The notes: a model not told the origin generated them from the letters alone. Shown: positions 11,064 through 21,844, numbered from the stretch's first letter. The stretch is DNA of 64,000 nt from an uncultured Gemmatimonadales bacterium (GCA_963695555.1 CAVOGR010000005.1:288001-352000), one strand, 5' to 3'. Translations and numbers: made by a program.

Positions 11064-12077
11064 GTGATTCGCGTCGCGCTCGACGCCATGGGGGGCGACG
11101 ATGCCCCTCGTATTGAGGTAGAGGGCGCGCTCGAAGCCCTTGCGTCACTTCCGGATACCTTCCGCATTCAGTTGCTGGGTCCGGTCGCGGCCATCGAAGG
11201 CGAGCTGGGCAAGTATCCGGACGCCGACCGGTCCCGGATCGAAATTCACGACGCTCCCGACATCATCACCATGAGCGACCAGCCGCTGCATGCCATCCGG
11301 CGGAAGCGGCACTCCGGCGTCGTGGTGGGGCTCGAACTCCAGAAGTCCGGGCGTTCCGACGCATTTGTCTCTGCCGGCAACACCGGAGCCATCCTGGCGG
11401 GATCGACCCTCCTGCTCGGGCTGCACGACGGGGTGGAGCGGGCCACCGTTGCCACGCCATTTCCCACGGCGGGACAACCGGTACTCGTGCTCGACGCCGG
11501 GGCCAACGTGGATTGCTCCGTCAAGGAGTTGATGGGGTTCGCGTACCTCGGTACGGTCTACATGCGCGACATTCTCGGCCTGGCCAATCCGTCCGTGGGC
11601 CTCCTCAACATCGGCGAAGAGGACGGAAAGGGAAATGCGATCTCCCGCGAGGTGAACACCGCGCTCAAGGGCTCGACCGGCCTCAACTACATCGGTAACA
11701 TCGAGGGCCGAGACATTTTGGCCGGACACTCGAAGTTCGGCCACGTCGACGTCGTGGTGTGTGACGGGTTCGTCGGCAATGTCGTCCTCAAGTTCTATGA
11801 GTCGGTGGCCAGACTCATCTTCGGATTGGTCCGCGGCAAGGCTCCCGACCTGCTCCAACGGGACGACGTCCGGGAGATATTCCGCATCCTGGACTATTCC
11901 GAGTACGGCGGGGCGCCGCTGTTGGGTATTCAGGGGGTCACGATCATCTGCCACGGCGGATCGACCTCGAATGCCATCAAGAACGCCATTCGGGTCGCCG
12001 TGCAGGCGGTCGAGGCCGGCTTGAGCGGTCATATCGCCGCCGAGTTCGCCTCGCGAGAGGCACTGGCCGGGCCATGA
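11064..12077 (+). CDS. plsX: Phosphate acyltransferase PlsX
   Basis: ALDAMGGD, SAGNTGA, DAGANVD, CDGFVGNV, GGAPLLG. Confidence 0.96.
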   Translation: MIRVALDAMGGDDAPRIEVEGALEALASLPDTFRIQLLGPVAAIEGELGKYPDADRSRIEIHDAPDIITMSDQPLHAIRRKRHSGVVVGLELQKSGRSDAFVSAGNTGAILAGSTLLLGLHDGVERATVATPFPTAGQPVLVLDAGANVDCSVKELMGFAYLGTVYMRDILGLANPSVGLLNIGEEDGKGNAISREVNTALKGSTGLNYIGNIEGRDILAGHSKFGHVDVVVCDGFVGNVVLKFYESVARLIFGLVRGKAPDLLQRDDVREIFRILDYSEYGGAPLLGIQGVTIICHGGSTSNAIKNAIRVAVQAVEAGLSGHIAAEFASREALAGP

Positions 12078-13066
12078 CGGGGCGTCCCATCGCGCGCTTC
12101 ACCGGGCTTGGTGTTGCGGTGCCCGACCGTGTGCTGACCAACACCGATCTCGAGAAGATGCTGGACACGTCGCACGAGTGGATCGTCGAGCGGACCGGAA
12201 TCCGCGAGCGCCACATCGCGAACGAGGACGAATCGGTTGCCATGCTGGCCGAACACGCCTGCCGCGATGCCATGGCCAAGGCGGGGATCGGGCCCAAAGA
12301 CGTCGACGCGATCATTCTCGGGACCGCCACGCCGGACCGGCTGCTGCCGGCCACCGCTTGCGATCTCCAGGCCCTGCTCGGCGCGGACAACGCCGCCGCG
12401 TTTGACGTGTCCGCGGCCTGCCCCGGGTTCCTGTACAGCCTCGGCATTGCGGAAGGTTTCATCGCGTCGGGCCTGGCAAAGACGTGTCTCGTCGTCGGAG
12501 CGGAGAAGCTCTCCACCATCACCGACTACACCGATCGCTCCACGGCCATCCTGTTCGGGGACGCGGCGGGCGCGGCGGTGGTTCAGCCTGCGACCGATAA
12601 CGGCCGCGGTATCCTCTCCATGTTCCTGCGGTCGGACGGAAAGCTCGCGCCGCTCCTGTTCCGGCCCGGTGGCGGCGCCTGCCAGCCCATCAGTACCGCG
12701 GTGGTGGAGGAGCGGTCGCACTACATGAAGATGGCCGGCCGAGAAGTATTCAAGGCCGCAGTCCGGACCATGGCTCAAGCCTGCGACGAGGCCTTGCAAC
12801 TCGCCGGAGTCAGCGCCGACGAAATCGATCTCCTCGTACCCCACCAGGCTAACATCCGGATCATCGAAGCCACGGCGAAGCACGCCGGCATGCCGATGGA
12901 CAGGGTCATGGTGAACGTCGATCGGTACGGCAACACGTCGTCGGCATCGATCCCGCTCGCCATCGACCAGGCGATCGCCGAAGGCAGGATAGGGAAGGGG
13001 TCATTGCTCCTGCTGGTGGCCTTCGGCGCAGGTTTCACCTGGGGGAGCGCGGTCGTCCGGTGGTAG
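12074..13066 (+). CDS. fabH: 3-oxoacyl-ACP synthase III
   Basis: WIVERTGIRER, AAC, LFGDAAGA, PHQANIRII, GNTSSAS, FGAGFTWG. Confidence 0.96.
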   Translation: MTGRPIARFTGLGVAVPDRVLTNTDLEKMLDTSHEWIVERTGIRERHIANEDESVAMLAEHACRDAMAKAGIGPKDVDAIILGTATPDRLLPATACDLQALLGADNAAAFDVSAACPGFLYSLGIAEGFIASGLAKTCLVVGAEKLSTITDYTDRSTAILFGDAAGAAVVQPATDNGRGILSMFLRSDGKLAPLLFRPGGGACQPISTAVVEERSHYMKMAGREVFKAAVRTMAQACDEALQLAGVSADEIDLLVPHQANIRIIEATAKHAGMPMDRVMVNVDRYGNTSSASIPLAIDQAIAEGRIGKGSLLLLVAFGAGFTWGSAVVRW

Positions 13067-13983
13067 CCGTGGTGCTGTGCCCCGGACAGGGGGCGCAACG
13101 GGTCGGGATGGGGAAGGACCTGGCCGAGCGCTTTCCCGAGGCCAGGGACACCTTCGCCGCCATCGACGACGCCCTGGGCGTTCCGCTAAGCCGCATCATG
13201 TGGGAGGGCCCCGAAGACGAGCTGACCCTTACCCATAACGCCCAACCAGCTATCCTGGCGCACACCGCCGCGGTGTACGCCGTAGTTCGGGACCGCCTGG
13301 CCGATCTCCGCGCCGCGCTGGGCCACAGCCTGGGCGAATACAGCGCCTATGTCGTGGCCGCGTCCCTCACGCCGGCGGAGGCCGCCGTGCTCGTCCGGCG
13401 CCGCGGGGAGCTGATGTACCAGGCCGGACTCGAACGACCGGGGGCCATGGCCGCGGTGATGGGGCTCGATGTGTCGCAGGTGGAGGCGGCCTGCGTGGAG
13501 GCCGCGGGCGACGGCATCGCCGTCCCGGCCAACTTGAACGCACCCGACCAAGTCGTGATCTCGGGCGATCCCGCCGCGGTGGCGCGCGCCGGCGAGCAGT
13601 GCAAGACGGCGGGTGCCAAGCGGGTCATTCCGCTCAAGGTGAGCGGTGCGTTTCACTCCCCGCTCATGGCCCCGGCGGTGCCCGGGCTGGAGCAGGCGCT
13701 GGCTGCCGTCACCTTCGGCGACCCGAAGATTCCGGTCGTGGCCAACGCGACGGCGCGCCCGGTTCGCACCGGGGACGAGGCCCGGCGCCAACTCGCCGCC
13801 CAGCTCACGGCCCCGGTCCGCTGGGTGGAGGGCATGCAGCAGGCGGCGGCCCTTGCCGGCGGCGGGAGTTTCCTCGAGCTTGGCCCGGGTCGGGTATTGA
13901 GCGGCCTCCTCAAACGCATTGCACCCGACGCCACGGTCCACGCCCTGGGCACCGCCACCGAGGTCGAGGAGTTTCTGGCATGA
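13060..13983 (+). CDS. fabD: Malonyl-CoA:ACP transacylase
   Basis: PGQGAQ, GHSLGEY, VSGAFHSPLM. Confidence 0.96.
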   Translation: MVAVVLCPGQGAQRVGMGKDLAERFPEARDTFAAIDDALGVPLSRIMWEGPEDELTLTHNAQPAILAHTAAVYAVVRDRLADLRAALGHSLGEYSAYVVAASLTPAEAAVLVRRRGELMYQAGLERPGAMAAVMGLDVSQVEAACVEAAGDGIAVPANLNAPDQVVISGDPAAVARAGEQCKTAGAKRVIPLKVSGAFHSPLMAPAVPGLEQALAAVTFGDPKIPVVANATARPVRTGDEARRQLAAQLTAPVRWVEGMQQAAALAGGGSFLELGPGRVLSGLLKRIAPDATVHALGTATEVEEFLA

Positions 13984-14720
13984 CGACCATCGATCTGACC
14001 GGGAAGGTCTCGTTTGTCACCGGCAGCACCCGAGGAATAGGGCACGCAATTGCGCAGGCCTTCCACCAGGCCGGGGCCAAGGTCGCCATCGTCGGACGAG
14101 ATCGTGACCGCGCCCAGGAGGTGGCTACTGCGCTCGGAGCGGGCACATGCGGCGTCGCGTGCGATGTGGCGGACGGGGATCAAGTGGAGGCCGCCCTCGC
14201 TGAGGCGGAACAGGCTCTCGGACCCATCGATATCCTAGTCAACAACGCGGGTCTCACCCGCGACAACATCATCCTGCGCCTGAGCGAGAACGATTGGAAC
14301 GCGGTCCTGGACGCCAACCTCAAGGGAGCGTTCCACACGATCCGAACGGTGGCGCGGGGAATGATGAAGCGCCGCTGGGGACGGATCATCAACATCACCA
14401 GCGTCGTGGGCTTAACGGGCAACCGCGGGCAGGCAAACTATGCGGCCAGCAAAGCCGGCCTGATCGGCCTCAGTAAGTCGGTGGCAAAGGAGTACGCCAG
14501 CCGCAATATCCTGGTCAATTGCATCGCGCCGGGGTTCATTGAGACCGACATGACCCATGCCTTGCCCGCAGAGGCAAGGGAGGCCTTATTAGGGTCTATC
14601 GCGCTGGGGCGGTTGGGGCGGCCGGAGGATGTTGCGGCGGCCGCGCTGTTTCTGGCGTCGGATTTGGCGGAGTATATCACCGGGCAGGTACTGGTGGTCG
14701 ATGGCGGGATGGTTATGTAA
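13980..14720 (+). CDS. fabG: 3-oxoacyl-ACP reductase
   Basis: [21 protein letters not shown] overlap with fabD stop. Confidence 0.95.
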   Translation: MTTIDLTGKVSFVTGSTRGIGHAIAQAFHQAGAKVAIVGRDRDRAQEVATALGAGTCGVACDVADGDQVEAALAEAEQALGPIDILVNNAGLTRDNIILRLSENDWNAVLDANLKGAFHTIRTVARGMMKRRWGRIINITSVVGLTGNRGQANYAASKAGLIGLSKSVAKEYASRNILVNCIAPGFIETDMTHALPAEAREALLGSIALGRLGRPEDVAAAALFLASDLAEYITGQVLVVDGGMVM

Positions 14721-14748
14721 GTCCTCTTCTTCATCGAGGTGCTGCGTT

Positions 14749-14985
14749 ATGGACATGGTCGAAAAGGTCAAGGACATCATAGTCGAAGAATTGGGCGTCG
14801 AGCGCGAGAAGCTCACCGACGAGGCGAGTTTCATGGAAGATCTCGGAGCTGACAGTCTCGATACGGTTGAGCTGGTCATGGCGTTCGAGAAGGAGTTCGA
14901 CATCGACATCCCCGACGAGGAGGCTGAAAAGCTCCGCACGGTAGGGGACGCGCTCAAGTATCTCAAGGAAAAGGCCGGGTCGTAG
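14749..14985 (+). CDS. acpP: Acyl carrier protein
   Basis: [20 protein letters not shown] upstream of ATG 14749. Confidence 0.96.
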   Translation: MDMVEKVKDIIVEELGVEREKLTDEASFMEDLGADSLDTVELVMAFEKEFDIDIPDEEAEKLRTVGDALKYLKEKAGS

Positions 14986-14986
14986 G

Positions 14987-16228
14987 TTGACGCGCCGTGT
15001 CGTAGTCACCGGCCTTGGCCTGGTGACGCCGGTTGGGAATGATGTCGACACGACCTGGGCGAACCTCCTTGCCGGCCGCTCCGGCGCGGCTCACATCACG
15101 AAGTTCGATCCCGAGCGCCTGCAGGTGCGGTTCGCCTGCGAGGTGAAGGGATTCGACCCCCTACAGTACATCGATCGGAAAGAAGTTCGGCGGTACGACC
15201 TGTTCGCGCAGTTTGCGTTGGCGGCGGCCCACCAGGCCGTCGTCCAAGCTGGGCTCGACGCGACTGTCCCGGAGCCAAATCGGACTGGTGTCATCATCGG
15301 GAGCGGGATCGGAGGCATGCAAACCTTCGAAACCCAATGCTCGCTCTACTTGACGAAGGGCCCCGACCGCGTGTCGCCGTTTTTCGTCCCGATGTTCATC
15401 CCTGATATCGCGGCCGGGTTGGTGTCGATCCGGTATGGCTTCAAGGGACCGAATTTCGCAACCGTGTCGGCGTGCGCGTCGTCGGCACACGCCATCGGCG
15501 AGTCGTACGCCCTCATCAGGGAAGGCGCCGCGGACGCGATGGTCACCGGCGGCGCCGAGGCGGCCATCACCGGCCTTACCGTCGCCGGGTTTCAGAACAT
15601 GAAGGCCCTCTCCACCCGCAACGACGAACCGGAGAAGGCGAGCCGGCCCTTCGACCAGGGTCGCGACGGGTTCGTCCTCGGCGACGGGGCCGGCATGGTG
15701 GTGCTCGAGAGTCTGGAGCACGCCGAAGCCCGCGGCGCCACGATCCTGGGCGAGGTGCGTGGCTACGGATTGAGCGGCGATGCGCACCACATCACCTCGC
15801 CGTCACCCGACGGGGAGGGCGCCCAGCGTGCCATTCGCGCCTGCCTCGACGACCAAGGGCTCGATCTCGAGCGGGTCGACTACATCAACGGCCACGGGAC
15901 CTCCACCCAGCTCGGAGACATTGCCGAAACCATCGCCGTCAAGCGGACCTTCGGCGACCACGCCACACGCCTGGTCTTCGGCTCCACCAAGTCGATGACA
16001 GGGCACCTGCTCGGCGCAGCGGGCGCCGCTGAATTCGCCGCATCGCTCCTTGCTGCGACTCACGGTGTCATTCCACCAACGATCAATCAGGACGTCGCCG
16101 ACCCCGAGTGTAATCTCGACTGTGCTCCGAACACCAAGGTCACCCGCACCGTGGATATCGCCCTGTCGAATTCCTTCGGTTTCGGCGGACACAATGTGAC
16201 GCTCGCGGTAAGCCGGTTTCAGGCGTAA
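14987..16228 (+). CDS. fabF: 3-oxoacyl-ACP synthase II
   Basis: RRVVVTGLG, SACAS, HGTST, KSMTGHLLGAAG, SNSFGFGGHN. Confidence 0.96.
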   Translation: MTRRVVVTGLGLVTPVGNDVDTTWANLLAGRSGAAHITKFDPERLQVRFACEVKGFDPLQYIDRKEVRRYDLFAQFALAAAHQAVVQAGLDATVPEPNRTGVIIGSGIGGMQTFETQCSLYLTKGPDRVSPFFVPMFIPDIAAGLVSIRYGFKGPNFATVSACASSAHAIGESYALIREGAADAMVTGGAEAAITGLTVAGFQNMKALSTRNDEPEKASRPFDQGRDGFVLGDGAGMVVLESLEHAEARGATILGEVRGYGLSGDAHHITSPSPDGEGAQRAIRACLDDQGLDLERVDYINGHGTSTQLGDIAETIAVKRTFGDHATRLVFGSTKSMTGHLLGAAGAAEFAASLLAATHGVIPPTINQDVADPECNLDCAPNTKVTRTVDIALSNSFGFGGHNVTLAVSRFQA

Positions 16229-16325
16229 GTCGGGCGACTCCAGACCCACGACGTACGACTTGTGACTTCCCACGCGATTTCGCTACATTCCAGGCACCTT
16301 AATCCCGATACACCAAGGAGATAGG

Positions 16326-17522
16326 ATGTCTGTCGTTGCCGCTCCCGATCTCGCCCGTCTCGAAGATCCGGCCCTCCGGCCGGTGGGCGAGAAAGTGCTC
16401 GAGGGGGCGCGTCTGGACGCGGCAGACGGCCGAATCCTCTACGCGACGAACGATCTCCTGGGGCTTGGCCTGCTCGCCGATTATGCCAACCAGGAGCGGA
16501 ACGGCGACCGGGTCTTCTTTTCCGCCAATCAGCACCTGAATCCGACCAACGTGTGCATTCTGCGGAAGACGTGCACCTTCTGCTCGTTTGCGCGGATGCC
16601 CAAAGAGGACGGGGCCTACACCCGGACGCTGGAGGAGGTGTTTGCCGAGGCAGCGGTGGCCAAGGACATGCCTACGCGCGAGTTCCACATCGTCGGCGGA
16701 CTCCACCCCAAGCTCAGGTTGAGTTACTACACCGACATGATTCGCGGTCTCAAGGAGCGCCATCCGGATGTGCACATCAAGGCGCTGACCGCAGTCGAGA
16801 TCGCGCACTTGGCGCGAATCGAGAAGTGCACGATCGCGGACGTTCTCTGTGCCCTGAAGGACGCCGGTCTCACCAGCCTGCCGGGCGGTGGCGCCGAGGT
16901 GTTCAGCACGGCGGTCCGCGCCACGATCGCGGAGCGGAAGCTCACCGGGCAGGAGTGGCTCGAGGTGCACCGCGTGGCCCACTCGCTCGGGATTCCCACC
17001 AATTGCACCATGCTGTACGGTCACGTCGAGACGGCTGATGACCGAATCGCGCATCTCACCATGCTTCGCACGCTCCAGGACGAGACCGCTGGGTTCCTGA
17101 CTTACATCCCGTTGGCATACCATCCCGATCACAACCCGTTGGGCGAAGATCTCGATCGGGTTGGCACAGCCACGACCGGCTATGAGGATCTCAAGAACAT
17201 CGCCGTGGGCCGGTTGTTCCTCGACAACGTCCCGCATGTCAAGACCCACTGGCCGATGGTGACCCCGTTCCTCTCGCAGATCGCGCTGGCGTTCGGGTGT
17301 GACGACGTCGAGGGCACAGTGGTGTTCGAGCGCGTGTACCATGAAGCCGGTGCCTCAACGGAGATGCAGCTGCCCTATCATGCCCTGGTCGACCTCATTC
17401 GCCATGCCGGCAAGCGCCCGGTGGAACGGAACAGTCTGTACCAGGCGGTGCGCGAGGAATTCGACGACCTGATTCCCCCACCGGCCGGGCCGCGCGGCCT
17501 GCCTGTGGTCCACGCCGCATGA
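16326..17522 (+). CDS. mqnE: Aminofutalosine synthase (radical SAM)
   Basis: NPTNVCILRKTCTFCSF cysteine motif, HIVGGLHP, PGGGAEVF, TMLYGH; clustered with mqnA/mqnC; AAGGAG SD. Confidence 0.88.
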   Translation: MSVVAAPDLARLEDPALRPVGEKVLEGARLDAADGRILYATNDLLGLGLLADYANQERNGDRVFFSANQHLNPTNVCILRKTCTFCSFARMPKEDGAYTRTLEEVFAEAAVAKDMPTREFHIVGGLHPKLRLSYYTDMIRGLKERHPDVHIKALTAVEIAHLARIEKCTIADVLCALKDAGLTSLPGGGAEVFSTAVRATIAERKLTGQEWLEVHRVAHSLGIPTNCTMLYGHVETADDRIAHLTMLRTLQDETAGFLTYIPLAYHPDHNPLGEDLDRVGTATTGYEDLKNIAVGRLFLDNVPHVKTHWPMVTPFLSQIALAFGCDDVEGTVVFERVYHEAGASTEMQLPYHALVDLIRHAGKRPVERNSLYQAVREEFDDLIPPPAGPRGLPVVHAA

Positions 17523-18340
17523 GACTCGGCCGGATTCCCTGGATCAACTGCTACCCGGTGTACGCCGCGGTCGATCGGGGCAACGTGGCCATGCCGGCCG
17601 AGGTGGTGACGGGAACCGCGTCCGAGCTGAACGATCTCCTGGCGGCGGGTGAACTCGATGTGAGCGTCATCTCCGCGGTGGAATACGCCCGGCATGCTTC
17701 GCGCTATCACTTGTTATCTGACTTGGCCATCAGCTGCGACGGGCCGGTTCACAGTGTCGCCCTCTTTGCCAAGCGGCCGCCGACGGACCTCGACCATGCG
17801 ACGGTGCTGGTGAGTGCGTCGTCCCGAACCTCGGTGCTCTTGCTCGAGTTGTTGTGTCGGCATCGATGGAAGGTGGCACCCAAGTTTGCTACCGTGCGAG
17901 CGGAGGCCGCCGATCTCGATGCGTTGGCCGATCTGCCGCACCAGGCGGTCCTCGTGATTGGAGATGCGGCCCTCATGCTCCAGGCGCGCGACAGGTATCC
18001 CGTACGCATCGATCTAGGGCAAGCGTGGCACGACTGGACTGGCCTCCCCTTCGTATTCGCGGTGTGGGCGGCGCGACGCACCAGCGACCAGGCCCGGGCT
18101 CGCGAGGTTCATACGCGGCTCCTCGAGAGCCGCGGCTGGGGCCTGCTGCATCTGGATGAGTTGGCGGGGCAGGCAGCCACATCAACCGGGCTGAGCCGCG
18201 ACGTGTGCCGGGCGTACCTGGGCGACCTGGACTACGCGCTTGGGTACCGGCACCTGGCCGGCCTCACCGACTTCTTCCGGCGGTTGGCCCAGGATGGCCT
18301 CGTGCCGGATGGCTCGCTCTCGTTCATCACGGCCGCGTAA
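17519..18340 (+). CDS. mqnA: Chorismate dehydratase (futalosine pathway)
   Basis: RLGRIPWINCYP, SRTS, LVIGDAAL, DLGQAWHDWTGLPFVFAVW. Confidence 0.88.
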   Translation: MRLGRIPWINCYPVYAAVDRGNVAMPAEVVTGTASELNDLLAAGELDVSVISAVEYARHASRYHLLSDLAISCDGPVHSVALFAKRPPTDLDHATVLVSASSRTSVLLLELLCRHRWKVAPKFATVRAEAADLDALADLPHQAVLVIGDAALMLQARDRYPVRIDLGQAWHDWTGLPFVFAVWAARRTSDQARAREVHTRLLESRGWGLLHLDELAGQAATSTGLSRDVCRAYLGDLDYALGYRHLAGLTDFFRRLAQDGLVPDGSLSFITAA

Positions 18341-18342
18341 CC

Positions 18343-19401
18343 ATGTCCTACGTCGATCGGACCTCCGGCGAATTCACCGACGCGCTCGAGCTGTACCAGC
18401 GCGCCGGCCTTCTCGAGCTCGGCCTCCTGGCCGATCGTGAGCGGTGGCGGCTCCATCCGGAGAAGGTGGTTACCTACATCATCGATCGGAACATCAACTA
18501 CACCAATGTGTGCGTGGCGGACTGCAAATTCTGCGCATTCTATCGGCGTCCCAAGAACCTCGAGGGCTACGTCTTGAGCTTCGAGGCCATCGGGGAGAAG
18601 ATCGAGGAATGCAAGGCCCTGGGCGGCGTGCAGATCCTGCTGCAAGGCGGCCACAATCCCTATATCCCCTTCGAGTGGTACCTCGACCTGCTGCGCTATA
18701 TCAAGGCCAACCACCCCATCCACGTGCACGGGTTCTCCCCGTCGGAGGTGGTGTTCTTCAGCGAACGATTTGGACTCCGTGTGGCCGATGTGGTGCGGGA
18801 GTTGAAGGAAGCCGGACTCGACAGCATTCCGGGGGGCGGCGGCGAAATCCTAGTCGATGAGGTACGGCAACGGGTGGCCAAGAAGAAGGCGCAGACCGAT
18901 GCGTGGTTGGGCGTGCAGGAAGAAGCGCACCGCCAGGGGATGAAGACGTCGGTCACCATGATGTTCGGGCTAGGCGAAAGCGACGCCGATCGGATTGAGC
19001 ATCTCTTTCGTATTCGGGACCTGCAGCGCCGGACCGGCGGCTTTACAGCCTTTATTTGCTGGCCGCTCCAGCCCGAGGGGACCGAGATGGCGGATAGGCC
19101 CAAGACCGACGCCGTCACCTATCTCCGCACCCTCGCGCTGGGCCGCATCGTGTGCGACAACATCCCCAACATCCAGTCTTCGTGGGTCACGATGGGTCTC
19201 AAGGTGGGCCAGGTCGCGCTGCGGTTCGGCGCCAACGACTTCGGCAGCCTCATGATGGAAGAGAACGTGGTGAGCGCCGCTGGAACCACCTACCGTGCCA
19301 CGATCGAGGAAATGGAGCGGTCGATTACCGACGCGGGGTTCGTCCCCGTGCGACGGCGCCAGGACTATACGGTCATTCCGGCTGAGACGGTGTGCGTGTA
19401 G
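18343..19401 (+). CDS. mqnC: Cyclic dehypoxanthine futalosine synthase (radical SAM)
   Basis: TYIIDRNINYTNVCVADCKFCAF, LLQGG, FGANDFGSLMMEENVVSAAG. Confidence 0.92.
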   Translation: MSYVDRTSGEFTDALELYQRAGLLELGLLADRERWRLHPEKVVTYIIDRNINYTNVCVADCKFCAFYRRPKNLEGYVLSFEAIGEKIEECKALGGVQILLQGGHNPYIPFEWYLDLLRYIKANHPIHVHGFSPSEVVFFSERFGLRVADVVRELKEAGLDSIPGGGGEILVDEVRQRVAKKKAQTDAWLGVQEEAHRQGMKTSVTMMFGLGESDADRIEHLFRIRDLQRRTGGFTAFICWPLQPEGTEMADRPKTDAVTYLRTLALGRIVCDNIPNIQSSWVTMGLKVGQVALRFGANDFGSLMMEENVVSAAGTTYRATIEEMERSITDAGFVPVRRRQDYTVIPAETVCV

Positions 19402-19865
19402 GTATCGGGTACGACTCGCACCGTTTGGTGAGCGGGCGGCCGCTCATCCTTGGCGGGCACCACATCCCGAGCGACCGGGGACTCGAAGGGCATTCCGACG
19501 CCGACGCGGCCGCCCATGCACTGACCGACGCCATCCTCGGCGCCGCCGGCATCGGCAACATCGGCGAACTGTTTCCCGACACCGACCCCACCTGGAAGAA
19601 TGCCGATTCGCTCGCTATGCTCCGCACGGCGCACGAACGGGTGCAGGAGCGAGGCTACCGCGCGGTCCAGGCGGATCTCACCATCATTCTGGAATCGCCG
19701 AAACTCGGACCAGCAATTCCCGCAATCCGGCGCGGCCTGGCTGAGGCGCTCGACCTGCCGGCCGACGCGGTCTCAGTCAAGCCGAAAACCAATGAAGGGA
19801 TGGGCTTCGTCGGACGCGGGGAGGGCATTGCCGTGTTCGCCGTGGCCAGCCTGGAGGACCGCTGA
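19392..19865 (+). CDS. ispF: 2-C-methyl-D-erythritol 2,4-cyclodiphosphate synthase
   Basis: RVGIGYDSH, GHSDAD, KTNEGMGFVGRGEG. Confidence 0.95.
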   Translation: MRVGIGYDSHRLVSGRPLILGGHHIPSDRGLEGHSDADAAAHALTDAILGAAGIGNIGELFPDTDPTWKNADSLAMLRTAHERVQERGYRAVQADLTIILESPKLGPAIPAIRRGLAEALDLPADAVSVKPKTNEGMGFVGRGEGIAVFAVASLEDR

Positions 19866-19873
19866 TCGAGGGC

Positions 19874-20911
19874 TTGTTGGGCTGGCTGCTCGGGCTCCCC
19901 GCCCCGGCGGTGTACCTGGTGATCGGCGTCCTGGCGACGATTGAAAACATCATCCCGCCGGTTCCCGCAGACACCGCGGTGGCCCTGGGCGCCTTTCTGT
20001 CCCAGCGGGGCCTCACGACACCGTGGAACGTCTTTCTGGTAACCTGGGTCGCCAACAACGTTGGGGCCATTGCGGTCTACGTCGCGACACGGACCTACGG
20101 CCGGTCCATTCTGAGCGGACCCGTTGGACGGCGACTCCTGTCACCCTTGGCCGTTGCCGCCATCGAACGGGAGTACATCCGGTTTGGTGTGGCGGGCATC
20201 TTCATCACCCGCTTTCTCCCTGGCATCCGTGCGGTGGTCCCGGCCTTCGCCGGCCTGGTGAAGCTGAGCGCCCCGCGCGCGCTCATTCCCATAGCCGTCG
20301 CGTCGGGCATCTGGTACGGCGCCCTCACCGCCGCTGGCGCGTTTCTCGGAGCGCGGTGGGACACCGTCGTCGGGATGATCTCGGAGATCAACACCGTGCT
20401 CGGCATCGTGGGGCTCGTGGCCCTGGTGGCAATCGTGTGGTGGATCGTGCGACGCGTGCGCGAGCGGCGCCGGAGGGTCTGGGAGCGCCTCGAGCGCGCC
20501 TTCCAGGAATCGGGCACCGACCCCATGGCCACCGCCGACCCCGCGCTCCGCGCCGCGGCCGCCCTGGTTCTGGATCTCGCGTCCGCCGATAGCGAGTTGA
20601 GCGAAGAGGACCGCCACCTGGTGGAGACTCACCTGACCGAACGCTGGGATCTATCGTGGCCGGGAATCGAACGGGCAACCCAGGAGGAATTGTCCCGGGG
20701 CGCCGAGCGGATCCAGCAGACCTACACGCTGGAGCAGCGACTCGCCGTGCTCGAGCGGATGCATCGCGCCGCCATTCGTGACACTGGACTGAGCCGACAT
20801 GAGACCTGGATGATCTCACGTGCGGCCGCGCTGCTCGGGGTAACGGACGAGGAGTTCAAGGCGTTGGAGCGGACGTGGCGGGCCATGGAGTCGAGGGAGC
20901 ACGCAACATGA
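19874..20911 (+). CDS. DedA family membrane protein with C-terminal TerB-like domain
   Basis: IENIIPPVPAD and TRFLPGIR DedA motifs; C-terminal LVLDLASADSELSEED..RLAVLE..LSRHE..AALLGV resembles TerB/DjlA N-terminal fold. Confidence 0.8.
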   Translation: MLGWLLGLPAPAVYLVIGVLATIENIIPPVPADTAVALGAFLSQRGLTTPWNVFLVTWVANNVGAIAVYVATRTYGRSILSGPVGRRLLSPLAVAAIEREYIRFGVAGIFITRFLPGIRAVVPAFAGLVKLSAPRALIPIAVASGIWYGALTAAGAFLGARWDTVVGMISEINTVLGIVGLVALVAIVWWIVRRVRERRRRVWERLERAFQESGTDPMATADPALRAAAALVLDLASADSELSEEDRHLVETHLTERWDLSWPGIERATQEELSRGAERIQQTYTLEQRLAVLERMHRAAIRDTGLSRHETWMISRAAALLGVTDEEFKALERTWRAMESREHAT

Positions 20912-21834
20912 CCCGGGCCATTGACCACGTGCGGGAAGAGATCGAGCGCGACTTCTGGATTACTGGGTTTCGCGACTATCTGGCGCTCGAGGCCGGCAGC
21001 AGCGAGAACACCGTGTCCAACTACGCGCGCGACGTTCGGCGGCTTGGCGAGTTTGCCCGGGCACGGGGCGCCCGGAGCCCGGCCAAGGTCACGAGGCGGA
21101 TGCTCCGAGACTTCGTGTTCTCGCTCAAGGATCTGGGGCTCAGCCCCGCTACCATCCGGCGCCACGTGTCGTCGATCCGGACGTACTTCGCCTTTCTCGC
21201 TGGGGAGGGCAAGATCACCACCGATCCGAGCGACCGACTGGAGAGTCCGCGCCGGGGAAGGACGCTGCCGGATACGCTCTCGGTCAAGGAGGTGGAGGCG
21301 CTGCTCGGGTCGCCCCACCCGGACGAGCCGATGGCGTGGCGCGACCGGACGCTGCTCGAGCTGGCCTACGGGGCGGGGCTCCGGGTCTCCGAGCTCTGCG
21401 GACTCGAGAAAGATCAGGTGTTGGCGAGCGAAGGGCTGGTGCGGGTATTCGGGAAGGGAGGGAAGGAGCGCCTGATCCCAATCGGGCGGAAAGTCATCGG
21501 CGCGCTCTCGGTCTACCTCCACACGCTGCGACCTGAGTTGGACCGAGGACGGACCCAGAACCGCCTGCTCCTGAATGCCCGAGGGAGCCCGCTTTCACGG
21601 GTGGGCGCGTGGGGCATCGTCAAACGCCACGCCGAGCGTGCCGGGATTAGTAAGCGCGTCACGCCCCACACCTTGCGTCACTCCTTTGCCACCCACCTCC
21701 TCGAGGGCGGCGCCGATCTGCGGGCGGTTCAAGAAATGCTCGGGCACGCCGATCTCTCCACGACGCAGATCTACACCCACGTCGATCGCGAATACCTGCG
21801 TTCAGTACACAAGCAGTTCCATCCTCGCGCCTAA
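20908..21834 (+). CDS. xerD: Tyrosine recombinase XerD
   Basis: RD..LELAYGAGLRVSEL, GKGGKER, PHTLRHSFATHLL, LRAVQEMLGHADLSTTQIYTHV, HPRA. Confidence 0.92.
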   Translation: MTRAIDHVREEIERDFWITGFRDYLALEAGSSENTVSNYARDVRRLGEFARARGARSPAKVTRRMLRDFVFSLKDLGLSPATIRRHVSSIRTYFAFLAGEGKITTDPSDRLESPRRGRTLPDTLSVKEVEALLGSPHPDEPMAWRDRTLLELAYGAGLRVSELCGLEKDQVLASEGLVRVFGKGGKERLIPIGRKVIGALSVYLHTLRPELDRGRTQNRLLLNARGSPLSRVGAWGIVKRHAERAGISKRVTPHTLRHSFATHLLEGGADLRAVQEMLGHADLSTTQIYTHVDREYLRSVHKQFHPRA

Positions 21835-21844
21835 GCCCACTAGG

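Noticed and set aside
16326..19401. Radical SAM RiPP maturases or CofH/F420 genes
   Set aside because: Flanking mqnA and specific motifs identify futalosine-pathway MqnE and MqnC
20908..21834. Phage or island integrase
   Set aside because: Motifs and housekeeping context match chromosomal XerD; no att sites or phage genes seen
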